Program-made: the position numbers and the translations under genes
Shown: positions 18,301-28,736 of the stretch, piece after piece
How the letters are laid out: the number at the start of each line of letters is the position of its first letter
Numbering within the stretch: position 1 is the first letter of the stretch
Source of the DNA: Oscillospiraceae bacterium
GTDB taxonomy: Bacteria > Bacillota > Clostridia > Saccharofermentanales > Saccharofermentanaceae
Reading direction: 5' to 3'
Length of the DNA stretch: 64,000 nt
Assembly (NCBI GenBank): GCA_902788505.1
Contig: CADAKH010000002.1
Location: 1-64,000 of the forward strand
Notes under the pieces: generated by a model
The model's database searches: none
What the model was told of the DNA's origin: nothing
What the model saw: the letters and a program-made list of their open reading frames with translations, nothing else

Positions 18301-18320
18301 TAACGGATAACATGTTTTGT

Positions 18321-19799
18321 TTAATCGAAGTACTTATCCCAGAGTTCTGTGAACCCGTCGTCGATGTCTTCCACAAGATGCTTGAAGTCGCGCTTATCCA
18401 TTGTTGTGACTTCGGTGAAGTTTGCAGGAACGTTGGGAGCTGGGTCGTGTCTGTCGATCGTGACTGTCAGCTCGAGAGATTTGACGGTCGGTGTTGTTTC
18501 ACCGTCGATCCTGATATTTGTAAGGACAAATATATACTTGTCACCCTTTTGGAGAAGAGTACCTTTGACTACCATATCGGAATAATCGTTTTTATACTTA
18601 AATGAGAAGTCGCCGCCTTTTCTGTCCCATTCAACTTTGATGCTTGTCTTTCTTTCACTGTTATGTGTTGACATAGTTTTGAGTTCAGTGATCTTGATCT
18701 CGGCATCGTACATTCTGGTGCTGTTTTCGTTGACGGAATAAACGATCTTATATGTATCACCGTACTTCTTGTCTTCAACTGTCAAGCTCATCTCTTTTGA
18801 TGTTGAGACATTCTTGCCGAGAACGAGTGACATCTCGGTTTCTTCACCATTAAAATCGAAACCTGCATCGATCTGGGCCATTCTTCTGCCGGCTTTGGTG
18901 ATGTAGAAATCGATCTTGATCTCAATATCGGAATCCCCGAGATTCTCGATCTCATCTTCCATATCGTCGAGCGAATCGTAGAACTGGTCTACATACTCGT
19001 CAACATCATCTTCAAAAGCCGCATCGGCAGCAACACGGTAGATGTATTTCTCCAAGTCCTTATCTTCTTTTGCGTAATCGATAAGGTCCTGTGTAATGAG
19101 CGCGAGATCGTCCTGATCGACAGTGAGGGAAATAACTGTGCAGGGAATCTTCTCGTCACCGACAGTTATTGTCTTTGAAGCCCTGCCGAGATCGGAGTAC
19201 TTGACGAATTTCTCGATTGCGAGCTGTCTGTACTTTACGGCAATGGCTTCGGAGTCACGCTGAAGGTTCTTGTTGTTCTTGATCGTATCTTTGAGACCAA
19301 GGAGATATTCAAATTGATCATCGTCGAGAGAATAGTCAGTCTCTTCATCAGGATCGAAAATAGAACCCGGAAGATTTTTCTCAAGATTCTTGAAGTTGAT
19401 ACCGTAGATTCCGTCAATTACCTCGGGGCATCTGAATGTGACTTTGTCCTGATTGAAAATGACATTTGCCTGGAGAACAGTATCGTCGTCTTCTGTAACG
19501 GTCATCTCATAAGCTCCGCGGAGATCCTTTGCGTCGGAATAGACCTTGGCCTGAACCGCGAGATCGTCCTTGGCAAGTTTATCGAGATTGGCAGAGACAG
19601 CTATCGATCCGCCGTTAGCAACGTCATCTGCTGCATCGATAAGCTCGATACGCTTTGCATCTGCAATCGTATTGGCAAGGCCTCTTGCGATCAAAGCGCT
19701 CGGTCTGTTGGCCAGTACAATGGAAACTACGATTAATGCGACAAGTGCAGCTGCTCCAACAGAGCCGCCGATGATAAGAATTTTCTTCTTCTTGTCCAT
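18321..19799 (-). CDS. Hypothetical membrane-anchored, highly acidic extracytoplasmic protein
   Basis: N-terminal TM (ILIIGGSVGAAALVALIVVSIVL), then about 450 aa of Asp/Glu-rich sequence with no recognised motif. Confidence 0.5.
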   Translation of the reverse strand: MDKKKKILIIGGSVGAAALVALIVVSIVLANRPSALIARGLANTIADAKRIELIDAADDVANGGSIAVSANLDKLAKDDLAVQAKVYSDAKDLRGAYEMTVTEDDDTVLQANVIFNQDKVTFRCPEVIDGIYGINFKNLEKNLPGSIFDPDEETDYSLDDDQFEYLLGLKDTIKNNKNLQRDSEAIAVKYRQLAIEKFVKYSDLGRASKTITVGDEKIPCTVISLTVDQDDLALITQDLIDYAKEDKDLEKYIYRVAADAAFEDDVDEYVDQFYDSLDDMEDEIENLGDSDIEIKIDFYITKAGRRMAQIDAGFDFNGEETEMSLVLGKNVSTSKEMSLTVEDKKYGDTYKIVYSVNENSTRMYDAEIKITELKTMSTHNSERKTSIKVEWDRKGGDFSFKYKNDYSDMVVKGTLLQKGDKYIFVLTNIRIDGETTPTVKSLELTVTIDRHDPAPNVPANFTEVTTMDKRDFKHLVEDIDDGFTELWDKYFD

Positions 19800-20076
19800 G
19801 AAAGTCCCTCCTCCGGTTCAAATGTAAAAAAAGTATAACACATTACGGGCGATATGACTCACCCGGACTTGCCGCCGGCATTGGAAACAGCCCCGTTTTA
19901 AGAACCCCGGAAGGCCCTGAAAAAGGCCCGCAAAGCCCATCTCCTAACAATTTGTTAATAGTATTGTTACTTGAAAACTAAGGCGCGCAATATTATTATA
20001 ACAATGAGGTAAAGGGCATTCTTCGGAAGGGCAGGCTTCATAAAAGCCTGGAAGATAGCCTGAGAAGTGGGTTGTT

Positions 20077-21447
20077 ATGGCCGAAAGAGGTAAAGAAAGG
20101 GATATCAGAACACGATACGAATTCCTGATTGCCGGAATCGTTGCTGCTGTTTTGTGCATTTTAGCCTTCGCTGCGTTCAAGATCACGGGTTATTTGAATG
20201 CTGCTCAGGCTAAGGATAATTCCGAGACTACATTTGAAGCCGGCGACGGAACTGTTGTCATTGAAGTTGAGATCAGGGAGACTACAGCTCCGACAGAGCC
20301 TGTCGAAGAGACTGAGGTGACTGAGCCTGTTGTAGAACAGGAAGACACTGCTATCAGCGAGCACGATGACATAACGATCTTCACAGTAGCTCCCGCAGGC
20401 GAGAATTACTACAAGTCCAAAGAAGGCCGGCTTAAGCTTTATGCTGATCCCAAGGAGACCGATGAAGAAAGGCCTTCTTTGATGGAGGATGCGGCTTTTG
20501 AGGTGCTCGGCTTTTCGAGAGACGGCTGGGCCGCTATCCGGTTCGGAGGCACGAGATATTACGTAAAGAGCGCCGATATCGTCCCGACTGATGCACCTGA
20601 GGACTGGGAAGAAAAGCATGTTGAGCCTGAAGATTCGCAGGCAATCAGATTCTTTACTCCGAATTCCGGAGATATCGAATATGTTGTTACTCATAATGCA
20701 AGGGCTTTCAGCCTTCCTGATGTCATGAGCAGCGGTAATTATGTCGACTTAAAGGCAGGCGAAAGAGTTATCGTTGTTGCCACAGGTGACAACTGGTACA
20801 AGATCATCTACATGAATGCCGAGTACTATGTGCTCAACTACATTAAGCCAAGAGCAGATTATGTTGAAGAAAACCCTGAAGAAGAGATAATCGACAACAC
20901 AGGCTATGCTCCCGCAGGTTCTCCCGAAGCTGCTGCAAGTGCATCTTCGTCAGGTGCTTCCGATACGGCAAGTTCCGGCGGAACAACAACTGACAGTGAT
21001 TCAGGATCAGGTTCCGGTGATTCCGGCTCATCAGGTGGAGATTCCGGTTCATCTTCCTCATCCGGTTACGGTTCTTCTGTTTATGAGCTTCTCGACTATG
21101 TAAATTCCGAGCGTACAGCTGCCGGTCTTGAACCTTTGGTATGGAGCGATACGCTTGCGTATTGTGCAGCTATCCGTGCTTCGGAACTCCCGCTGCTTTC
21201 CAATGAACAGAATGCAAATCACCAGAGACCTGACGGCAGCGAGTGGTATACAGTAAACGAAGATGCTGTCTGGGCTGAGAATATTGCCTATGGCCAGCAG
21301 TCAGCATCGGAAGTTCACAACGCCTGGACAAACTCCTCCGGTCACTATGCAAACATGATGAATCCTGATTACAGGACTTTCGGTGCAGCAGTCTATGAGA
21401 CCGACAGCGGATATTACTACTACTGGATTGAAGAATTCGGATATTGA
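20077..21447 (+). CDS. Membrane-anchored protein with SH3b-like repeats, a Ser/Gly-rich linker, and a C-terminal CAP (SCP/PR-1, YkwD-like) domain
   Basis: N-terminal TM, two segments resembling SH3_3 (RYYVKSADIV; NWYKIIYMNAEYYVLNYIKP), an SGSGDSGSSGG linker, and the CAP motifs HYANMMNPDYRTFGAAVYE and YYWIEEFG. Confidence 0.7.
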   Translation: MAERGKERDIRTRYEFLIAGIVAAVLCILAFAAFKITGYLNAAQAKDNSETTFEAGDGTVVIEVEIRETTAPTEPVEETEVTEPVVEQEDTAISEHDDITIFTVAPAGENYYKSKEGRLKLYADPKETDEERPSLMEDAAFEVLGFSRDGWAAIRFGGTRYYVKSADIVPTDAPEDWEEKHVEPEDSQAIRFFTPNSGDIEYVVTHNARAFSLPDVMSSGNYVDLKAGERVIVVATGDNWYKIIYMNAEYYVLNYIKPRADYVEENPEEEIIDNTGYAPAGSPEAAASASSSGASDTASSGGTTTDSDSGSGSGDSGSSGGDSGSSSSSGYGSSVYELLDYVNSERTAAGLEPLVWSDTLAYCAAIRASELPLLSNEQNANHQRPDGSEWYTVNEDAVWAENIAYGQQSASEVHNAWTNSSGHYANMMNPDYRTFGAAVYETDSGYYYYWIEEFGY

Positions 21448-21494
21448 TTCCGGGAAATCAAATGATGACTTAACAAAGGACCTGGTCTGAAAGA

Positions 21495-22124
21495 TCAGGT
21501 CTTTTCTTCTCCTGCGCCCAAAGCTCTTCCGGAGAGGAGATCTCTCCAGTGTTTGCCTTCGAGCTCATAGATCATTGAGACAGCGGCGTTGATCTCGTCG
21601 TCAGTGCCGTCAGAATCAACGAATGCAAGAAGTCCGGCTATCTGGATCATGTCTGCTTCAATGGATTTCAGGAAATCTCCGGGTGTTGTGAGGATACCGC
21701 CGAATTGGCTGTAGGAAAAATCGACAGCTGCCAGAGGATAGATGAAACTCTCGCACTGGTCGTCCAATACCTGCGGAAGGACCTGGATGAGTGCTGATGA
21801 TACATCTTCAGGGAGGCTGGCGATGAGATCCCATGTGAGGTCGATCTCAAATTCGGCGTCGTTCTTTATGTATTCGAGAAGATCGCCGTGCATGGCGAAC
21901 TGTCTTATAAAGTCCTGTTCAAGAGGATCGAAAACACCGTCAGCGCAGGCTACGCTCAAAAGGACACCCTGAAGGATCATGTCGAACTGGGCAAGCGTGA
22001 GCTCGGCATCGTAATTGCTTCCTGTGACATTCTGGAAAACACTGTCCATCGCCCTTATGGTTGCCTCGGCGTGATCGTATGCCTGAGCTGCCTTATCCAA
22101 TATGTCCTGTCTGTCGTATTCCAT
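21495..22124 (-). CDS. Hypothetical acidic cytoplasmic protein
   Basis: Intact 209-aa ORF, helical and acidic, with no motif recognised. Confidence 0.45.
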   Translation of the reverse strand: MEYDRQDILDKAAQAYDHAEATIRAMDSVFQNVTGSNYDAELTLAQFDMILQGVLLSVACADGVFDPLEQDFIRQFAMHGDLLEYIKNDAEFEIDLTWDLIASLPEDVSSALIQVLPQVLDDQCESFIYPLAAVDFSYSQFGGILTTPGDFLKSIEADMIQIAGLLAFVDSDGTDDEINAAVSMIYELEGKHWRDLLSGRALGAGEEKT

Positions 22125-22254
22125 AAGAATTCCTCTTAGAGTTTCATGGCGTTATTTTATTACTAGCGGACACGATATGCAAAAAAGGAAAGTATGTGTC
22201 CGATATGCTATAATTCTTGATTGGAAATAATAAATACGAGGGAGTCGGAATAAA

Positions 22255-23715
22255 ATGGCACTTTTCGGAAAGAAAAAGAAAAACGATGTACCGGGTGAGA
22301 AATCCGCTGAGAATAAGGCAAGTAACAGTGTTACAGAGGAGATGAAGGTCATCCTCGAGGCACGTGAAGAGGAAAAGCAGGAGAAGATAGCCAGAGCCGA
22401 AGAAAGACAGCAGGCTCAGGAAGAAGAGCTCAAAAAAGAAGATTTCATGGAGGAGCAGTCTGTACAGGCAGCTAAGAAGATCCTTGAAAGCGAGATCACT
22501 CCTGAAGGAATGACATTCTTCGTAATCTGTGACGAGATCCCCATGACAGCGGCTCCCGAGAAGGAAGGTAACATTGTTATACGCGGTAATGTCAGAGGTA
22601 CCATTAGGAAGGATACGGAAGTATTCCTTTATCAGGGAAGAGGCGACAAATTCACTGTAAAGATCGAGAAGATCAGAAATGACAACAGGGAATTTGTTGA
22701 TGAACTCTCATATGAGAGAGCAGAGATAGAGATAACCAGAGGAGATATCCCGGTACCGGAAGATCCTGACCAGGAAGCTTCAAGACCCGTAAACAGATAT
22801 GCCGTGCTTACAGACGGTAAGGGTATCGAGGATATGAAGGATCCTGCATGCAAGGGTATGGCAAGGGCAGGTAACCCCAGAACATCAGCAATGCTCTGCG
22901 AGTATGGCAAATACGGTAAGGAACCCGTTTATTTCGGAACAGTCATGGATTCACTCATGACATCCGAGTTCGTTACACTGGCTAAGATCACGCCCGCACA
23001 GAACGGCAAGAGCACAGTAGGTTTCCTGTCTTTGGCTACAAAGAAGGATCCCAAGTCATCTTTCCTTCCGGTATTTACTGATCTGAAGCTTGCAAGAAAT
23101 GCCCTGAAGGCCGGATTCGGCGGCCAGGGCGGACCTGACAAGTGCCTTAATATGAGCTTTGCCCAGGTTGCAGCTATCTCAAGGGACGGCCGTCATAACG
23201 GCTTCCTCGTAAATCCCGGCGGACCCGTATCCATCACGATCCCCAGAGATCTTGTGGATAAGATGGTTGATACCACGATCTTCAAGGAAAGATTCGGTGA
23301 AGGAGCAAGTGACAATCCGTCTCTGGCTTTGGGCGGAACAGGCAGCAAGGCACTCGATAATTTCATAGGCAACAGTGGTCCGGGCATCCAGAAGGTTCTT
23401 ATCTCGAATCCTTCTGATACACCTGAATTTGCCGCAATCGAGAATGCGGTTAAGTCATATTGCGGAGCACATTCCGATATTGCCAAGGTCCTGATTCTTG
23501 TATCAACACCTGCAAATAACCGCAACGACAAGTCTTATCTGTGCATCATGGACTGCCCGGACGAGACATTCCAGACTGAATGCAAGGGTCTTGCGGAAGC
23601 AATCAGACCGTTCCTCAAGGGCATTAAGAGAATACAGTTCCAGCAGTTCTCCAAGATCAACAAGGAGAATTTCCCGAGCAAGGTCACATGGCTTTATTCG
23701 AAACTCCCTCAGTAA
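22255..23715 (+). CDS. Hypothetical protein, possibly SseB-family-like
   Basis: Lys/Glu-rich N-terminus. The C-terminal halves (GFLVNPGGPVSITIPRDLV; KVLILVSTPANN...) resemble the SseB N- and C-domains. Low certainty. Confidence 0.4.
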   Translation: MALFGKKKKNDVPGEKSAENKASNSVTEEMKVILEAREEEKQEKIARAEERQQAQEEELKKEDFMEEQSVQAAKKILESEITPEGMTFFVICDEIPMTAAPEKEGNIVIRGNVRGTIRKDTEVFLYQGRGDKFTVKIEKIRNDNREFVDELSYERAEIEITRGDIPVPEDPDQEASRPVNRYAVLTDGKGIEDMKDPACKGMARAGNPRTSAMLCEYGKYGKEPVYFGTVMDSLMTSEFVTLAKITPAQNGKSTVGFLSLATKKDPKSSFLPVFTDLKLARNALKAGFGGQGGPDKCLNMSFAQVAAISRDGRHNGFLVNPGGPVSITIPRDLVDKMVDTTIFKERFGEGASDNPSLALGGTGSKALDNFIGNSGPGIQKVLISNPSDTPEFAAIENAVKSYCGAHSDIAKVLILVSTPANNRNDKSYLCIMDCPDETFQTECKGLAEAIRPFLKGIKRIQFQQFSKINKENFPSKVTWLYSKLPQ

Positions 23716-23883
23716 AATCTGAGGGGATGTTTCGTTCATGATTATAAGTTTAGGCATCTCGAAAATAAGGAATAAGGGTTTTCGCGTGCGTGACTTTAAA
23801 CCTTGTGGATTAATCGGAATTTCCCAATAATTCACACAGATTGTAAAGAAAGTTCATTTTGCGCGTGATAGAATTTCAGGGCT

Positions 23884-26800
23884 ATGCTTCAAATAAGGGA
23901 TATACATAAAGAATATAAAACGGGAAGCCTCGTTCAGAAGGCTTTGGACGGAGTGTCACTGAATCTCAGGGACAACGAATTTGTTGCAATTCTCGGACCT
24001 TCAGGATCCGGTAAGACTACACTGCTCAATATTGTCGGAGGTCTGGACCGTTACGATTCCGGCGATCTCATTATCAACGGCGTTTCAACCAAGCGTTATA
24101 AGGACAGGGACTGGGATTCATACAGGAACCATACGATCGGCTTCGTTTTCCAGAGCTATAACCTCATCCCTCACCAGACAGTCTTATCCAATGTCGAGCT
24201 TGCGCTTACTATCTCCGGTATTTCCGGCAGAGAGCGTAAGAGAAGGGCGCTTGAAGCGCTGGACAAGGTAGGACTCCGCGAGCAGGCTCACAAGAAGCCT
24301 AATCAGATGTCGGGCGGTCAGATGCAGAGAGTTGCCATTGCTAGAGCTCTTGTTAATGACCCCAAGATCCTTCTTGCAGACGAGCCCACCGGTGCGCTCG
24401 ATACCGAGACGAGTATCCAGGTCATGGACCTTCTTAAAGAGGTCGCAAAAGACCGTCTTGTAGTCATGGTTACCCACAACCCAGAGCTTGCGGAAGATTA
24501 CGCAACCAGGATCGTAAGGGTAAAGGACGGAAAGATAATAGATGACAGTGATCCTTTCACTCCGGAAGAGAACGCAGATACATTAAAGCCGGTTCATAAG
24601 AATCTCGGCAAAGCCTCCATGAACTTCTTCACGTCTCTTGCACTGAGCTTCAACAATCTCTGGACGAAGAAGACAAGGACCATCCTTGTAGCTTTTGCAG
24701 GATCTATCGGCATCATCGGCATTGCGTTGATCTTATCCATGTCAAACGGCGTAAACACTTATATCGACAGGATCGAAGCACAGACCCTGTCGCAATATCC
24801 GCTGTCCATTGAGAGCTCATCGATATCTTTTATGTCGATGATGATGGTATCGACAGAGACATGGGAACCTGCAGGGGAAGGTGAGATCACCGAAGTTCCT
24901 TCAGTAAGCCAGATCCTTTCGACAGTAAGGACCAATGACCTTATCTCCCTCAAAGAGTATTTTGACAGCGGGAAAACGAATATCTACGAACTCACGAATG
25001 GCGTTGAGTATTCGTACGGCCTTAATCCCCAGATCTATTACTATGAGAAGGGAACAGGCAATTACAGGCAGGTAAACCCCAATAATGACTTTGCTTCAAT
25101 GGGACTTACGTCTTCAAGCATTTTCTCTTCTGCTTACAGCATGAATGTGTTTTTCGAGCTGCCCGAGAACGAGTCGCTCTATATCAATCAGTACGATATA
25201 AAGGCAGGCAGATGGCCTGAGAACTCACAGGAGGCTGTGCTCGTACTGTCGAATAACGGTGCGGTTACCGATTATATCGTCTATGCGTTCGGCTTAAGAG
25301 ACACCGAAGAACTCGATAAGATGATCCGTGATTTCAGCAACGGTATCGAAGTCGTATCCGATCAGGAGAACTACACATGGCACTATGAGGATTTCATGGG
25401 TACCACATTCAAAGTCGTTCCTGCTTATGAGTTCTACAAGTACGATGAGAAGAACAAGATCTACACCGATATGAGAAACGACAAAGATTACATGAAAAAT
25501 CTGTTGAGCGGTGCGCAGGATCTTAAGGTCGTCGGAATTGTTCAGCCGAAACCCGGTGAAGATATCTGGATGCTCGATTCCGGAATCTACTACGGTGAGA
25601 ATCTTGTTGAGGAATTAAGAGATGCAGCCGATGATGCCGACATCGTAAAGGCACAGCTTGCTGACCGTGAGGTAAATGTCCTTACGGGCGAGAGGTTTGA
25701 CGAAGAAGAGTCAGATTTCGATATGGGCGATCTTTTCGAGATTGATGAAGATGCAATACAGGATGCCTTCAAGTTTGATGAAGACAAACTTAACTTCGAC
25801 GAAGAGGCATTCGGAGACATGAGCGGAATCGACTTGTCCGGTGCTTTGGGAAGTGCGATGCCTAATCTTTCACAGAATCAGATCTCTGATCTTTTGAACG
25901 GCGTCGAGCTTAAGGTCAACAGTGATGCTTTGGGACAGGGTCTGTCAGCTATCTATGCTGATTACCTTGACTATGCTTCCGCAAATCCGGCTACTGATTA
26001 TGCAAACCTTCCTGATGCAGTGGCAAAGTACATTGCCTCACCTGAAGGAAGCGCGGTTATGAGAGAGCAGCTCGTAAAGATAATCAAGGAGAGCGGCGCG
26101 GAGAACATCGATAATGATGTGATCAATGCTGCAGTCCAGGCCATTACCCAGGATTTCACGCAGTATGCTTTCCAGAGAGCCATCGAAATGGGAATCAATC
26201 CTATCGAGATGGATCAGGATACAAGGAACCAGTTATTTCAGGAATACATTGAGACTGAAAGAGGCCAGGGAGTAGTTGATACGCAGTCACAGATCATGAT
26301 GAATGAGGTGATCGAGAATGTCGATATCACACCCGAGCAGGCTCAGGAGATCTCACAGGCACTTCTTGATAATTACAGCAAGTATGCGACGGAGAATAAT
26401 CTTCCCGATCCTAACGCACTTGAAGCTTCTTTCAAGGAATATATGGATACCGACAGAGCAAAGAACATGATCACTTATGTTGTTGCTACATCATTTAATA
26501 CCGATGAGATCATGTCGACCATCATGTCGAATATCTCAGGCATGACTTCGCAGATGGCAGGACAGCTCGCATCAGGCATTCAGGACGCGATAACGCTGGT
26601 TGTCGAAAGACTCGCATCCAACATGACTACTGCCCTGCAGAATACTTTCGAGGATTTAGGAAGCGCGCTGACGATAGATCAGGATGCGTTTGCAGCTGCA
26701 TTTAAGTTCAATATGGGTGAGAGCGAGCTTCAGTCGTTCATGAGCGAGATGATGGGCAACGGAGCGTCTTCTGCCGAAGGCAACCTTGCCGCGTTCGGAT

Positions 26801-27393
26801 ATTGCGAAAAGGATAATCTGCAGTCTATCACGATCTACCCCAAGGATTTTGAATCCAAGGACCAGATCACACAGATCCTGAAAGACTACAACAAGATGGT
26901 CGAAGATGCAGGCGAAGAGGACAAGAGCATCGTCTACACGGATATAGTCGGAGCTTTGATGAAGTCTGTCACAAAGATCATCAACACGATCTCATATGTA
27001 CTCATCGCCTTTGTTGCTATCTCGCTCGTCGTATCATCGATCATGATCGGTGTCATTACGTATATCAGTGTTCTTGAGAGAAGAAAAGAGATCGGTATTC
27101 TCCGCGCTATGGGTGCATCAAAGCACAATGTTGCCCAGGTATTCAATGCCGAGACCATGATCACAGGATTCCTTGCGGGAGTCATTGGCGTGGGCATATC
27201 TCTGCTGCTTCTGATCCCGATCAACATCATCATCCACAATCTTGCCGAATCAGATGATGTCAGCGCGATAATGCCGTGGACAGCTGCGATCATACTCGTT
27301 ATCCTGAGTATCTTCCTGACATTTATAGGCGGTCTTATCCCGTCGAAGTCAGCTTCCAGACAGGATCCTGTTACAGCATTGAGAACTGAATAA
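23884..27393 (+). CDS. MacB-like ABC transporter: fused ATP-binding domain plus FtsX-family permease, with an acidic extracytoplasmic domain of about 700 aa
   Basis: Walker A GPSGSGKTTLL, signature LSGGQMQRVAIARAL, Walker B LLADEPTGALD. A TM helix at around aa 260 precedes the long soluble domain. The C-terminus has 3 FtsX TM helices with ILRAMGASK. Confidence 0.8.
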   Translation: MLQIRDIHKEYKTGSLVQKALDGVSLNLRDNEFVAILGPSGSGKTTLLNIVGGLDRYDSGDLIINGVSTKRYKDRDWDSYRNHTIGFVFQSYNLIPHQTVLSNVELALTISGISGRERKRRALEALDKVGLREQAHKKPNQMSGGQMQRVAIARALVNDPKILLADEPTGALDTETSIQVMDLLKEVAKDRLVVMVTHNPELAEDYATRIVRVKDGKIIDDSDPFTPEENADTLKPVHKNLGKASMNFFTSLALSFNNLWTKKTRTILVAFAGSIGIIGIALILSMSNGVNTYIDRIEAQTLSQYPLSIESSSISFMSMMMVSTETWEPAGEGEITEVPSVSQILSTVRTNDLISLKEYFDSGKTNIYELTNGVEYSYGLNPQIYYYEKGTGNYRQVNPNNDFASMGLTSSSIFSSAYSMNVFFELPENESLYINQYDIKAGRWPENSQEAVLVLSNNGAVTDYIVYAFGLRDTEELDKMIRDFSNGIEVVSDQENYTWHYEDFMGTTFKVVPAYEFYKYDEKNKIYTDMRNDKDYMKNLLSGAQDLKVVGIVQPKPGEDIWMLDSGIYYGENLVEELRDAADDADIVKAQLADREVNVLTGERFDEEESDFDMGDLFEIDEDAIQDAFKFDEDKLNFDEEAFGDMSGIDLSGALGSAMPNLSQNQISDLLNGVELKVNSDALGQGLSAIYADYLDYASANPATDYANLPDAVAKYIASPEGSAVMREQLVKIIKESGAENIDNDVINAAVQAITQDFTQYAFQRAIEMGINPIEMDQDTRNQLFQEYIETERGQGVVDTQSQIMMNEVIENVDITPEQAQEISQALLDNYSKYATENNLPDPNALEASFKEYMDTDRAKNMITYVVATSFNTDEIMSTIMSNISGMTSQMAGQLASGIQDAITLVVERLASNMTTALQNTFEDLGSALTIDQDAFAAAFKFNMGESELQSFMSEMMGNGASSAEGNLAAFGYCEKDNLQSITIYPKDFESKDQITQILKDYNKMVEDAGEEDKSIVYTDIVGALMKSVTKIINTISYVLIAFVAISLVVSSIMIGVITYISVLERRKEIGILRAMGASKHNVAQVFNAETMITGFLAGVIGVGISLLLLIPINIIIHNLAESDDVSAIMPWTAAIILVILSIFLTFIGGLIPSKSASRQDPVTALRTE

Positions 27394-27395
27394 GA

Positions 27396-28718
27396 TCAGG
27401 CGAAAATTGTTTTTCTGCTCTTTCTGCGGTTCTCGGAAGACTTATCTTTGGCAGCTTTCTGTGCTTCGGTCTTAGCAAGTTCATCATGCTTTTTGATGAT
27501 ATAGTCTGCTACTTTCTCTGCGCCATGACCCATGTTGCACCATGTCTGTTCGCGTGCAAGGTCCCTTCCCTCGGCCAGTTCTTTGGCAGTTTCACCTTCA
27601 AGACAATCATCAACAAGAGAAGCAATATTGCTGAAGTTTTCGGAGGTGAGTTTTCTTCCGATCCTGGGGAGGATCCTGTATGTCCAAAGTTCTTCCGGAT
27701 CCCAGGCAACATCATACTGAGACCAGTCGTTGCTGGGTTCGGTATAGATTACGGGCTTATTGAATACAAGCGAGAAATCAAAAAGGACACCTGAGAAATC
27801 AGAGATAAGTATATCTGCCTCGTTAAGCACATCGAAGTTATCGGGATCACGGTTCCACTTGAGCTTATCTGATTCGGGGAACTGTTTCATAAGACCCTCT
27901 ATAAGCTCCTTCTCGGATGTGAAAGACTGGGGATGAGGTCTGATTATGACTTTGTAACCGGTCTTGATAAGGCTCTCAATGAAAGATTTTCCGTCGTAAG
28001 CTGTAAGGATTCCGTTGTTGCCCCATGAAGGTGCAAGAAGAATGGTCTTCTCCTTTTTGGCATCACTAAAGGAAGCCGATGCATCCAGACGTTTTTTCAT
28101 TGCATCGAGATACGGAATACCGGCAAGTACAACTTCCTTCTCGGGGATGGAACGGAGTGACTCGAGTCTTCTGATCTGCTCTTTCTGATATTCTCCTGAT
28201 ACAAGTACAGCATCGTAGAAATCCAGTCCGAACATCTTGTATGTCGTTATATCGTTAGGCATGTGGGGAAGGTGGACGTAATATTTCGCGCCCTTGGATC
28301 TTTTCCACTGGAAGACATCAAGGCTCGGTGTCGTTGAGACGACTATATCTGCCTTGATGAAGTTCATCTTTGAGATACCTTTGTTGCCTTCACCGATGAA
28401 TTCCGCAAGGACATGTTTGAAACCGGCAGACAGGGCAGGATCGTCCGGGCTTGCCGTCAGATAATGAATATCCCTGCCGCGCTTTTCGAACTCTTCCAAT
28501 ACAGGCTTAAATACATGCCAGTATCTTTTTCCTTCGGAGAAAATGCAGATGGAGAGTTTGTCGCTGTTGTCGTTTTTCGCTCTTCCGCCGAGAAAAAAGA
28601 ATTTAAGCTTGATTATCAGGGCATGTCCTGCAAAGATGAGCACGCCTGCAATTCCGATTATGATCGAAAATAGCATGCTGCCCGTACCGGGGTCAATGTA
28701 TAAGATCCTGTCTAACAT
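27396..28718 (-). CDS. CDP-glycerol glycerophosphotransferase (TagB/TagF family)
   Basis: N-terminal TM, then a Glyphos_transf-like C-domain with ISDFSGVLFDF and RPHPQ motifs. Confidence 0.65.
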   Translation of the reverse strand: MLDRILYIDPGTGSMLFSIIIGIAGVLIFAGHALIIKLKFFFLGGRAKNDNSDKLSICIFSEGKRYWHVFKPVLEEFEKRGRDIHYLTASPDDPALSAGFKHVLAEFIGEGNKGISKMNFIKADIVVSTTPSLDVFQWKRSKGAKYYVHLPHMPNDITTYKMFGLDFYDAVLVSGEYQKEQIRRLESLRSIPEKEVVLAGIPYLDAMKKRLDASASFSDAKKEKTILLAPSWGNNGILTAYDGKSFIESLIKTGYKVIIRPHPQSFTSEKELIEGLMKQFPESDKLKWNRDPDNFDVLNEADILISDFSGVLFDFSLVFNKPVIYTEPSNDWSQYDVAWDPEELWTYRILPRIGRKLTSENFSNIASLVDDCLEGETAKELAEGRDLAREQTWCNMGHGAEKVADYIIKKHDELAKTEAQKAAKDKSSENRRKSRKTIFA

Positions 28719-28736
28719 TTTTACTTCCTCCTGATA

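Noticed and set aside
17914-18310. 86-aa and 94-aa ORFs in the long intergenic region upstream of pnt
   Set aside because: Pro/Gly-rich, low-complexity translations with no RBS. The region is better explained as non-coding or regulatory.
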